The notes under the pieces: generated by a model
Seen by the model: only the letters and a program-made list of their open reading frames with translations
The model's database searches: none
Told to the model about the DNA's origin: nothing
Shown here: one piece after another, positions 26,495 through 38,596 of the stretch
Layout of the letters: each line of letters begins with the position of its first letter
Position numbering within the stretch: position 1 is the first letter of the stretch
Translations under genes and position numbers: made by a program
DNA from: Anthoceros angustus
Lineage: Eukaryota > Plantae > Anthocerotophyta
Assembly: GCA_010909165.1 (NCBI GenBank)
Contig: VJWM01000117.1
Location: forward strand, 884,866-948,865
Direction of reading: 5' to 3'
Length of the DNA stretch: 64,000 nucleotides

Positions 26495-27622
26495 AATCGA
26501 ATACTGTTGTTTTTTGTTGAAGTTGCCCCTAGAAGGTGAAGCAGCCAGGATATGAGCGAAAGGTACAGCAAACCTGTAAAACGGGCTAACAGGGGACCAT
26601 GGCGCACCAAAGGGAACGGCACCCGCTGTGCGGCTTGGGTGAGTGTATGAGGTCTCCACTGTTGGAGTCTCACCCTTTTGAGTTCGGTAACTATCTATGA
26701 GGACTAAGGATGTAGGCCTGATTCTCAAGTGAAGGTAGAGCTGATCATAATTTTCTTTCCCGCTTTCTAAACTGAAAATATCGTTAGGTGATCTATTGAC
26801 AGCTAACAGGCAACTCCTAACATGTCAATTAGATTGGAAAATCTTTGAGGAGCATTCTTAGAATGAGGGAAAGTGCTAATCGAAAAATGGCTTCCCCAAG
26901 GTCTTCTTCCTCACCCAATCCCTTCTTCATGTTGCATGTTTGGAAGACTGTAGGTAAATAATCTTACTGCGCATATTTACTCGGAAGTCTTAGTTCTCAT
27001 GCATGATCGATCTCACTTGTGATGAAAACCGCAACTTTCAAGATGGAATTAGTAGTGGAAGGGGTGGATGAAGGAACGTACCCATAGCGCATGGGTCGGT
27101 CCAAAGCCAGTAGGTGGAGGAATAGATGTATGAATGCATGGCATATAGATAGATGCATCCGGAAAGTTGAATATGGAAGTGAACCTGAACATGGATAGAG
27201 AGATATATTCTTGCAGCATATGCATAGAGATGTATTCATGTGCATGAATGAAAGTGCGACAAATGTATAGATGTTTGTAAGAACATGCCTATCCTCTTCA
27301 AGAAGAGAAGAGATTGTGTCTTGGCATTCTCAGCATACACCCTTCAGCCTTACCTTTTTTTCCCAACATGTAGGAGCAAAGATTTTTAACAATAATAAAC
27401 TCAAATTTCAACTCTTAAAACAGCTTATATCAGCATCACCTCAATGAGGAAGCGACCTAGAAAATAAGAACTACCAAGGGTCACCACATGCCGAGCTCTT
27501 TTTTAGGATTTTCTATGTTTTATCCCCTGCTCAATAGCTGTGCTTGCTCCCTCACTTGAATTGCTTGGAGCATGATCCTTCTCAACTTCATGTTTCCGTA
27601 AGTTCTCATCACATAATCATGA

Positions 27623-28408
27623 TTAAAGACCACACACTATATCATTGAGAAGCTCCATGAGAAGGTCCATTGCATCACCTAAAGAAAGTAATTCAGGCAA
27701 AAATTTCATATATAAATCATTAACTTTTTTAGCATCATTGGGAGTTGCCATCATCAACATATTTAATATTTCATTGTTCATAGAATCCAAACTAGTGTGC
27801 TGCTCATGTTCCGATCTAGCTTGCAATATGTGAGTTTTTATTTTAGCAAGCAAATCGGCTCTTTTAGATACCAAATCGATTACTATCTCTTCAAATTCCT
27901 CAAATTCATCAAATTCCTCAAACTCCTCAAATTCATCAAATTCATCAAATTCCTCAAGTTCCTCAAGTTCCTCAAGTTCCTCAAATTCTTCAAAGTCATC
28001 GTCGAAGTCAAATATTACAGCTCTACAATTGGGGCACGTTGCATTATTATTATTCAACCATTGCATGAGACATTCCTGATGAAAAATGTGATCACATTCA
28101 AACATTTCCATAATCTCTTCGTCTCTATTGATGTTTTCTATGCAAATGGTACAGTACTTAGGCTCATCACTATCATGTTGGGTTGCTGCCGTATTTGCTT
28201 CTTGAGTTGGACCATTAATATCCACCTCATCTGCTCCTTGAGTTGGACAATTAACATCCACCTCATTTGCTTCTTGAGTTGGACCATTAACATTCACCTC
28301 ATTTGTTTCTTGAGTTGGACCATTAACATTCACCTCATTTGCTTCTTGAGTTGGACCACCAGCATTCACCATATCTGCTTCTTCACTTGAACCATTAAAA
28401 TCCACCAT
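27623..28408 (-). CDS. Intronless acidic RING-H2 (C3H2C3) finger protein, 261 aa, lineage-specific
   Basis: Uninterrupted ORF containing CTIC-x15-CDH-IF-H-QE-C-x11-CPNC, N-terminal 13-aa repeats (NGPTQEANEVNVN) and a (F/L)EE/FDE acidic run. Confidence 0.75.
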   Translation of the reverse strand: MVDFNGSSEEADMVNAGGPTQEANEVNVNGPTQETNEVNVNGPTQEANEVDVNCPTQGADEVDINGPTQEANTAATQHDSDEPKYCTICIENINRDEEIMEMFECDHIFHQECLMQWLNNNNATCPNCRAVIFDFDDDFEEFEELEELEELEEFDEFDEFEEFEEFDEFEEFEEIVIDLVSKRADLLAKIKTHILQARSEHEQHTSLDSMNNEILNMLMMATPNDAKKVNDLYMKFLPELLSLGDAMDLLMELLNDIVCGL

Positions 28409-29149
28409 ATTTGCTTCTTCACTTGAACCGGTTAAACACTGCCGCTCAAATTCTATCGCGATATCACACGTTTAACACCTATATGTAGAGCAAAGCCAAG
28501 CTATACGAGAACATCTTCATATATTGTAGTTCAAACTACATCATGTTATAACACACGTACAGCCCTCATATAGCGGCAAAGCTAAGCTATAGTGAGAACA
28601 TCGTGTAATACCGAAGATTTATTTTGTTTCGTTCAAAGCAAAAAAGTTATATGGAATAATTTAGGGTTTGCGCCTCATAAGAATTCTATTGTACCCTAAA
28701 CCCCACGGCAGCCCATTAGCATCTTATTGAAGGTATTTTCTGGCAGCCCCATGGCTAGAAGGTAATGTGTTGCTAGACTTGCAAGAGGGGGACGGCGATA
28801 ACGCTGGTCTGAGCCATATAAACATGCAACCCTTGCAGACTTTGGATCACTACCAGACCATGTCTTGTAAATTAAATTAGTATTCTATAAGTCCCCAAGT
28901 ATGAGGCAAGCTTGACTGGTGGGCTTCTTATGCCAAGAAATAGCAAGAGATCACTACCGGACCATGTCTTGTAAACTAATATGCTGTAAGAGATTAGTAT
29001 TATGTAAGTCCCTAAGTACGAGGCAAGCTTGAACGATGGGTTCCTTTTGCCCACGAGATAGCAAGAAAGAGTTTGTATTCTTTTTCATCGTATGTCTGGC
29101 ATGCTAGCATGGGATGTGAAATGTTATCTGAACCAGAATCTAACCGGAC

Positions 29150-29412
29150 CTCCTTTGGGATTTCCTTGACTAGTATCTTGAAGGAGGCTTTGTATTTGAA
29201 CTGCTTTGGGCTTTCTATGTGTGTATCTAACCGGACCTGCTTTGGGATTTCCTTCACTAGTCTCTTGAAGGAGGCTTTGTATTTGGGATTTCCTTCACTA
29301 GTCTCTTGAAGGAGGCTTTGTATTTGGGATTCCTTCACTAATCTCTTGAAGGAGACTTTGTATTTGGGATTTCATTCACTGGGCTCTTGAAGGAGACTTT
29401 GTATTTGGGATT
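29150..29412. repeat. ~39-bp tandem repeat (GGGATTCCTTCACTAGTCTCTTGAAGGAGGCTTTGTATTT), about 6 copies
   Basis: Visible directly in the sequence. Confidence 0.88.
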
Positions 29413-29851
29413 TCAGGCTTCATCATCTCATCGGAGGCTTCATGCCTAGGTCTTGTCCACAAAGTTATCTGAAATATGAGTGGACCTTGTTTGCTAGGTT
29501 TCGACCCTCAGGCTCACAAAGCATGCCATAAAAAGAGCTCAAGTAGGACCCGTCCTAGCTGGGTTCATCTCAGTTGCTGACACCCTAACCCACAAAACCG
29601 CATGTGTCCGGGGCATAACATCCATCAGCAACAAAACATTGAACTTTCGTCAAAACCGAATACGTGTCATATGGACCCACTCTACAATGTCATACTACCT
29701 GCAACTCGAAGCATCACGTGCTAAGATTCAGAGAAAACTAGAGGTCAGAGGTTTGACCAAATACAAAATTGTTTGGGTTCCACCATCCGCGCTTCACCAT
29801 CCAGTTCGACTTCGCTCTAAACAGTATCTCGCATCGCCCACCTGTAGGACT

Positions 29852-32800
29852 CTACTCCGGAATGATGTGCTCTCCGTCCGCATCCTTCTCGTCCTCAACC
29901 TTCGTAGTTGGCCCCGAAGGTGCATTCTTTTCCTTTTTCTTGATGCCACTTACGATGTTGTCGATTCTCAGAAGAAGACATGCCGCTTCAATTGCCGTCT
30001 TGAAGGTTTGCACTTTCACCCCAAATGAATCCCAGACCTGTCAAGAGGAATATATGGTTCAAGTCACAAACCCATTTCCTACACAACATGGCACACAAGC
30101 CACCAGCGGAATCAGCTTACCCCAAGCTCTTTCATGTCACGGATTTCACCAGTGTTTCCATCAACCCCGAAGAGAGCATTCTTACTATTAGCATGCTGTG
30201 CAGAGCAGAAGAAAACCGACTTGAGTTAATTGGAACAGAAAGGCATAGAGACAGTAACGTTAAGAAGAACAAAGATGCTGATCAGGCCCATCAGGCTGAC
30301 CTTTGCTTGCAAAGCAGTCATGGTCCGGATCACATTAACACCACAGTTTTGGGCTATTGTTCGAGGAATAACCTCAAGAGCTTGAGCCACGGCTCTGTAG
30401 GGCAGCTGCAAAGGAGACCAGGTGTCAGTGCCATCTGAATACGAAGAGACCATAAAATTAGACCCTTGCCTTCCAAATGCAGTACCTGCTCAACGCCTTC
30501 CACAGATGCACTTTTCTTCTTAAGAGCAACGGAAACTGCCATCTCTGCAGCACCTCCACCTGGAACAAGCCTTGCATCCTTGATGATGTTCCGTGCAACT
30601 CCCATGGCATCCTTGGAAAGTAGCGGGGGTCAAAAAAATAAGGCCCATCAGATACTGTAGGCTCAAAAGGTTCAAAGTACAAATCCAGCTAATGCCAACA
30701 CGACCGACAGCTACCTGTAAGTTCCTCTCCATTTCGTTCAGCACATCTTTACTACCACCTCTCAACAGAATGGTACAGGCTTTTGGATCCTTGCAATCAA
30801 CAATGAACGTGAAAAACTCATCTCCCAGCTTTTTAACTTCAAATAACCCTGCAGATGTTCCAACATCGCTCTCAACCAGCTCATCTGGTCTGTTTACGAT
30901 AGTAGCACCACAAGCACGAGCTATTCTGTTGTTGTCGGTTTTGCGGACTCTCCTAATGGCACTCACTCCAGCCCTGCTCAGATAATGGCTGGCAAGGTCA
31001 CTTAAGCCCTTCTCTGTGATCACAACATCAGGCTTGAAGTTGATAATTTGATTGCACATATTTTCGATGTACTCTTCTTCCATCTCCAACAGGGCAGCCC
31101 TGCAGCCACAGAAACCACGCACTGCATTAGGCAGCAGCATCGTTAGTTTTCACAATCGAATAGGCTGCTCGCTGTTGTGCATTCTCACCAGTCTTCTTCA
31201 TTCACTAATTCAGCATTCGTCATGTTCTCCCCTTTCTTATACTCCAGCGGGCAGTCAAGCAAAATGATCCGAGGATTCGAAATACGACGTCTCATCTTCC
31301 CTGGTAACACCACATCCTTGTTGAACATTACCCCAGAGAGAACCCTAGAATCCTCAAATTGGCCTCCCGCAATCTTCTCAACCTTGACATATTTCTTGAT
31401 GTCCGCTTCTCGTAATCCAGTCCCTACGTCATCGGCGACTAGTGAAACTGAGGTAACTGCAAGCTCCTGGAAGAAAAACAATCCAACATGGGAAAACCAT
31501 ACAGTTACGCCCTAATTATCAAATAACTGAACCCTGTGACAATTCAGGAACAATGCCACAACATGCACCCTGCCTGCAAAAGACAAGCCACTCACTGCAA
31601 TCAGTGTGCCAAACCGGCTCGTGAACTTTGTCTCCACACAGCTCTGCACAATTTGAAGCATCTTTTCACCTGTAGAGGGTACAATAGTCTCCATATGAAG
31701 TTCTACCAAACGCACTGGATGGCCTGACGCTTACACAGTAGCATGCACTAATATAAACCATTTCTTTTTTTTTAAATATACTTACGGTCATTGACATCAA
31801 CTTCAAAGCTCACATCCTTCAGTGCTGCAATTGCGTCTTCAAGAGCTTTTGTGTATGCTGATTCACGTACAGCAAACAGGGTCACAGACCCAGAGCCTGA
31901 TAAAAGGCATCAACATCAAGATGCAGACAGCTTGTGCTTCAAAACGTCCAAATACCTTGGCAAACTACTGTCGGATGGACAGCCCTCTCCAAGAACGGCC
32001 CTGCAACATGCAGCATCTCTCCAGCTGGAGACCAGACCACACATTTCAAAGTATTCAGCAACAGAGCAACTCCTCAACTTTGCCTTGAAAAAAAGCACAG
32101 AACAATGCCAATATCAAGGGAGAGGCATCTGATTAGAACCTAAAATGATCACAGAGGTCGTTCCATCTCCAACCTCTTCATCCTGAGTGCGACTGAGCTC
32201 AATCATGATCTGCGAGTGACACGGAAAGGAAAGGGATTCCAATGTCAAACACCGTCCTTCGCATTATCAAGCCACAGTCCACCCCAGAAACAGCCGTCAG
32301 AAAGGGAAACATGAGGCTGCAACAATACCTTCGCTGCAGGATGTGACACATCTAACTCCCGAAGAATAGCATGCCCATCGTTTGATAACACTATGCCTGT
32401 CCACCAACCCACCAGCACAACGAGCTCAAGCCCTCAGAAACGGAGGCTACCAATACCAATCCAACAGTGCTTCTTTGCACCTACCTCCCCCAGCGTCCAG
32501 CAGCATCTTGAGCATGGACCTCGGGCCAAGAGTGGTGCGGATAATGTCCGCCACCGCCTGCAATTTCCATTCATTCAGCCACATTGCCACAGAGCAGTCC
32601 TCCTCAGCTCCAACCTCCAACCCCTGCCAAATAATCGACAACGATCTCACCTTGGCAGCACTGATATTCGCATGGAAGACCCGATTTCCAGTCTCCCGCT
32701 TCGTCGACTCATCTGACACCACCCAAAAAAGAAGAACATTAGGTCAGTCCACAGAACCAGCTCCACCCAACCTAACGCCCAGTTCAAAGAAGAAGGAGAA

Positions 32801-32917
32801 AGCGGGGAAGGGAGGTGAGCAAGATGGAAATGAAGCAGACGAGGGCAAACAGAACCAGCAGGTCTCCACGAGCCTGCGGAGCACACACGTACTGAGAACA
32901 ACCATCGGCGAATTCAT
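29852..32917 (-). CDS. CCT3: T-complex protein 1 subunit gamma (CCT3), multi-exon
   Basis: MNSPMVVL|NESTKRETG, AVADIIRTTLGPRSMLKMLLDAGG, ELSRTQDEEVGDGTTSV, ETKFTSRFG, VEKIAGG, PRIILLDCPLEYKKGE, VITEKGLSDLASHYL, CTILLRGGSKDVLNEMERNL, PGGGAAEM, TFKTAIEAACLLLRID..IIPE*. Confidence 0.97.
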
Positions 32918-33440
32918 CTTGCCGTGGCGAAGCTTCCGATCCAGGCGCGTCGCTTTGCTGCTGCGCGGGAACAGGGCGTTCAGGCGAAGTACAAGCCAGC
33001 CGAAATTCGGCTACATAAAACAGCCGAGTTTACAAGCTCACAGGCAGGACACAGCCAATGTCGTAATGCCGGGCCGGGCCGGGCCGGGCCGGGCTGGGTC
33101 GAAATGGAATCGGACGGCCGACCCCGGCCCGAGGCCCGTCCAGTTTCTGTATGTAAGTATGTAGTGTGTCCTCGCCGACTTCAAATTCGTTGGGCCCGTG
33201 GTTATCTCTTTTTCCTCGGCGCATGACTGGAGGGATTTCCGGCGTGCCGACGATTAAGCTTTCTTCTTCTCCGCTTGCTGCTGCCGCGCGGTGGAGCACA
33301 TCCCCATGCATCGACGGCAGGCAGGCCGTGCCGTGCTGCCTCGGCGGCAGCAACCGCATTCTTGCCTGCAGCAGCTGTGAATCGGGGAGCGGCGGGAGCG
33401 CGGGGGGAGGAGCGACGCAGAGGCTCATTCTGCTGGCCAG
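32918..33440. promoter_or_regulatory. Divergent (bidirectional) promoter region of CCT3 and WAPL with a (GGGCC)n tract
   Basis: About 520 bp between the two divergent ATGs; GGGCC x4 plus GGGCTGGG at 33071-33098; TGGGCC site-II-like motif at about 33191. Confidence 0.6.
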
Positions 33441-36400
33441 ATGATTGTCCGCACGTACCAGCGGCGGCAGGCGCGGCGCGCGCAGCAGCGTGTCAGATCC
33501 AGGGATCGGTGCCAACTCCGTGTGGAGCAGCTCGCAGGAGTCCTTCACGTCCTCCTTGTCGGCTCTGGACGAGCTCCGGAACAGCGGCGATGATGTGGTG
33601 AAGGCCTTGGAGATTCCGGAATTGTCGCATTCCAGTGGCAGGCTCAAGAAGCCCGGGTTCCGGAAAGATCGCAGGCTGCCGGACCGTCATCCGAATGCGA
33701 AGCGGTCTAAAGTGGAGGATGGGAGCAAGCAGCGCACCAGCTTAGGCATCCAAGCTCGGGTTCTGCTGCAGAGCTCGCAGGTGGAGTCGCAGAAGGCGGC
33801 TCCCGTGGCGGAGCCGGCCAGGAGTAGTCCGGCGTGGGGAGCCTGTTCTGCTGCTAGCTTGATGGAGACGAAGGAGTCCGGGGAGCTGCTGGAGCATGTG
33901 GATGAAGCTAATTTTGCGATGGACGGACTCAGGCATGACCAGCCGGTGTTCGTGCAGCGGGCCAGCCTCGCTTCCATTTTGTCCCTCTGCGGATCGCTGC
34001 AGAAGCGGAGGATTCTGAGAATTCAAGGGTAAATGTCTGATTTACGGCTTGGAAGCGTGGTGATGGCCATTTTTTGAAGGATGGGATTTTGGAAGATGTG
34101 TGCTGTTGCGGTTTGCAGTTGGATCTTGCTGGCGCGTCGCATTAATGCAGCTTTGTGGTGTTTGTTGCAGAATGTGTAAGCCTTTGCTTGATGCCGTTGT
34201 CGCCTTACCGGCAGATGACCCTCCAATCGCGCTGGGTGCAGCTGCGGTTCTCTATTTGTTGGCTATTGATGTAAGCTGTAGCTCTGGAGGAGTGCCGTGC
34301 TGTTCGTGCCGTGGCATGCTGGCTGAATGAATTGTGCTGGCGCAGACTCACGATGAGGACTTGCTCGATTCGGCTGCGTGCATCCAGTTCTTGATGAGAC
34401 TACTTGGTGCGGGCGTTTCTCAACGGGCTGAGAGAAGCAGGGGGCTGTCTTCCGTTGGCGCAAAGCTGTTGAAGCTGAGCTCGAGTTCATCCCTGAAGAA
34501 AGCTGGCAGTTCTGGATCTCAGGCACCTGATGCTGGGGCAGCGTCAGTTTTGGCAAAAGTTCGGGAGCTTTTTGGAAGCAACAACCATGGGAAAGTTGGA
34601 GGAAGCAAACAAGGGGATGACAGGGGATGGTTGCACGGGGAGGAGGTCAGCTCCAAATGGCTTGCCTTGCTGACTCTCGAGAAGGCCTGCATCTCGACTG
34701 TTGTTCTGGAGGGTAAAGGCTCACTAAATTAGGGTTTCTTTGGCTACTTGCGTTGCAACGTGATCTGGCAGTGCTTGGCTGCATTTCTATTTAGCCGCAT
34801 TCTGATACGGCACTACCCCGGGGTTGTTCATCAGCATCTGAGTATGATCCCCTTCTTTGTCTTCTTACGTGCAGTAAGCTGCCGTGTGGAAGTTCTCAAA
34901 TCTGGGCAGGCTCTGAGTTTCCCAGGGAAATTATGCATGATTCTTTGGAATCTTCCTCAACGAAGCATGTGTGATGTGTCCTCTCATTTCTACATGGCCT
35001 ACTTCTGTAGGCGTTCCCATAGACTAACAAGCCTTGTGCTGTTTGGTTGCGGTCGTAGTAGGGATCTGCGCTGTCTCGCTGTGGTTTTGTTTGTATGCAC
35101 AGACGTGCTGATGTAGAGAGTGACCTACTGCTGGTAGGTGCTGAGTTGGCGATGAGCTTAGATTTGACAGGAGCTTTGCTGCATGCAGATGTCTCTGGCA
35201 GTGTGAAAAAAGTTGGTGGGAGCTTCAAGGAAAGGCTGCGTGAGCTTGGTGGCCTGGACACAGTCTCGTGTATTGCTGCAAGTTGTGTATCCAACCTTAG
35301 GGTAGGCTATCTGACCAGAAGCTGGAATTTCTTATGTAGTGAATCTTTGGACTTCATGTGAGAATGGCGTGACAGTGTACTGATACGCATGAGCGCTCGC
35401 AGGCTTCATTGAAATCTGTTGATCGTAAAGAGGGAGACGTTGGGTTCGACCGTCCAGAGGCATGTGGGGGAGCTGGTATGCTCCTGAGATGCTTTCGGGT
35501 GATGGAGAATGTTACATTCCTTAGCGAGCCGAACCGGGTACGTCATCTTGGCAGTCGAATGCTCACAGATGATGTGCATAGTAAAATCAATCTATTTCAG
35601 CTCCGTTTGATTTCATCAAAAAGTTGTCATCATCATTGTGATGTCATCAAGAACCTCTCATCATCTTAATGTTATCAAGAGCATACCATCATCCTGATGT
35701 CATCAAGAGTTTGAAAACATTTGACCTCAATTGAGTTCGTGTTAGTTTGCTCTCAGAAGCACCTGTTGGAATTGAGGCTGCGGAAGGAGGACAACAGAGC
35801 GCCTAGCTCATTTGTTGAGCTTTTACTGGATGCCAGCAAGGTTCTGTCAGGTTAGTAAAGTTCTTCTAAAGAGTAGGTGGAGTTCGAGTAAACTCCTGTG
35901 ATAATACTAGCTAGTTTGCACATTGTTTGCAACTTCACATTTGTTCTCATGGGAAGATCATTGTTGGCTGCCTTTTTCTGCTTTTGCCTGCTGTTATGGC
36001 CTTGCACATGGTTCATTTGACTGGGTTTCGTTGTGTGCCTTTGTGGACAGAACTAGTAAGTAGACGGAAAAGCCCACACAGGACATCCAGTGATGCAGAG
36101 AATGCTGCGAGTCTGGACTCCTTCCTGAAACCTGTAGAAGAGGCAGTGACCATGGCAGTTCATGCAGCTGCTAAGGAAGGAGGTATTTCTGTACATGCAA
36201 TTTCTTCTTTTCAGCTTTGCAGTTGTAATTTAGAGAATCAGTGCACTCTTTGGGAGATTGATGACCTAGCTGTACTTGTAGGCGCCAAGTCGTTTGACTT
36301 CCAACTTTCTCAAGAATCTCAGGTCTCTTCTAGTTCCAGAGGGTTGTCTTACAAACGGCGGGCAGCTGTCAAAGCTGCGATGTCTGAGGTTGGAGATCAT

Positions 36401-38095
36401 CAAAGGGGACAGAGCAACAAGGACTTGTGTGGTCCAGAACTTCCCGCATCAGATTCTCAAGAGGTGGACCAGGAATGTTTAGAACTAGTGAGCATGGAAG
36501 CTGTTAGGAAATTTAGTGCCAAGGAAACATTAGCTGCTGGGTCTTGCAATGAACTTGCCATTGCACAGCAGAAGGAAGGACGTAGGCTATGGAGAATAGA
36601 TGGGAAATCAAAGATACGGGAGCCTGTATATGCTCGTGACACTGTTGAGGACCAGACAGAGTCCTCCAGTGTGTCTCTCGATCGATTTAGTTTGTGCTCT
36701 ATGGATGAAATAGCAAGAAGTTCTGAGATGAACCTTGCTGGTGACTCAAGCTCCTGGCAACCCATAGCAGTGGATGCTGGCGGAGATCCTGGTCAAGTGG
36801 ACTCTGCTTTGTTTGATGAGTGCCTGTTGTCAGCTGTGAAGGTTATTTTAGTGCCTTACCACCTTTGTTGCAGAGTGGCTGATGAAAGACTTGTGCTATT
36901 CCTCATCACGTGCTCACTCTTCTTCCCAAATATATGCCAACTGATCTTTCTCTTTCTGTCTGCAGGTTCTAATGAATCTGACCAATGATAACCCTGTTGG
37001 GTGTCGGCAGGTCGCTTCATTTAATGGCCTTGACACCATGGCATCACTTATAGTTCAACATTATGCTGTTCCATATTCACTTCCTCAATGTGAAGGGCTG
37101 GTGAGGGCACAGGTTGGCATTGAGGCAGCGGATTTGGCATCAAGACCAAAGCTTGCTGAGGAGGACTTAGACTTGTTAGTTACAGTATTGGGGGTGCTTG
37201 TCAACCTTGTGGAGAAAGATGATGGAAACAGGTACAGTTCTCTCTTGTGCCTGGGCATGCTGCTTTGAAGTGATATGATGCAACACAGGGTTGTGACAGC
37301 ATTGTTTATGCAGGGCGCGACTTGCAAAGATGGATATTGTGCCACCTGCGGTTGCAAATGATTCATCTTGGGAGAACATGGATATGATATCCTTATTATG
37401 TCTCGTGTTCCTAAGCAAATACGGGGCTGGCGAAGTGAGAGAAGATAACGTTCCTTCTGAGGTAACCATCTGGTTGTTGTCCAGCTGCGGTAGATGGTAG
37501 TTTTGATGGTTGCACAATACGTGTCACTTGGATGGGCCTGTTCATGCTCAGTGATGATCACCACTTTGTAAAACTCGAGAAAACCTTGGCTGCAGGTACA
37601 TGACGAGGCAAAGTTGAAGCGGGAAGCTGAGGACATGATCGTTGAGGCATATGCTGCACTACTGCTCGCATTCTTGTCTACTGGCAGGTTAGTCCAGGCT
37701 GCTAGTCCCCACTGAACCACACCTTCACAACTTGCCGCTGTGAACAAAACCCAGCAACCTGGACGTCCTTAGTTCTTAATTTTTCTGGCTGTTCTAATAC
37801 TTGTATGTTTGCGACATTGCAGTGAATACACACGTTCAGCAATTGCCGAACGCCTCCCCAAAGAAGGGTTGAAAGTGTTAGTGCCAGTGCTGGAAAGGTT
37901 CCTGGTGAGTGTGCGCTGTTTAACCTCGTATGTATCTGTCGCTGCGCACGGTGTGTGGACCATTTCAGTGGAGCTCATTCATTCTCCTCCCGTGTATCAT
38001 GGCAGGCCTTCCATCTCTCATTAAACATGATATCTCCCGAGACACAAGCGTCTGTGGAGAATGTCATCAACTCGTGTAAGCAGCCATTGAGATAA
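33441..38095 (+). CDS. WAPL: Wings apart-like cohesin release factor
   Basis: MIVRTYQRR start; SLMETKESGELLEHVDEANFAMDGL; RASLASILSLCGS; SSKWLALLTLEKAC; GSFKERLRELGGLD; LLLRCFRVMENVTFLS; CLLSAVKVLMNLTNDNPVGC; DLLVTVLGVLVNLVEKD; MIVEAYAALLLAFLST; VPVLERF|AFHLSLNMIS..*. Confidence 0.96.
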
Positions 38096-38596
38096 ATATT
38101 CTTATGTCATCTTAAATACTTATTCTCCATTTGTTGCAACGTCGATGCACCTTGCCGCCTCCAATTCAAGCCTGAACTGAGGACGTATCGCTCCTTTGCA
38201 AAGTTCGGTAACGGGTACCGAAATCAGTCAACCAACATCACTGATTCGGACTACCTACATGCTTCTGTATTGGTCTTTTGCGTAGCAAGTCAACTACACG
38301 TAACGTTCGAGGTACATACATACATACATATTCTCTTGTGGACAAAATTCTGTCTATTATTATTTACATTTCCAGATTTTCTAAAGCACATTTAACACAG
38401 TCCTGTATGTATGTACCACCTAAATGGTGTTGTGGTAACATGCTACACGTGAAGACCAACTTTGGTTGCAGGACCACGTGGGGCCGTGGCGACCATCACA
38501 AGAAGCGGCCCGGCCCAGGTTTGGCGCTTCCGACCAATGCGACGTATAAGAAACGGCTGGTGGCGACCACCCGGTGCCCCGTCGCCTTGCTCGCAA

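Noticed and set aside
27797-28390. 197-aa minus-strand ORF (FLKFIKFLK.., WTINIHLICF repeats)
   Set aside because: The listed translation corresponds to the antisense reading of the RING gene's repeats; stop-free only because of the periodic sequence.
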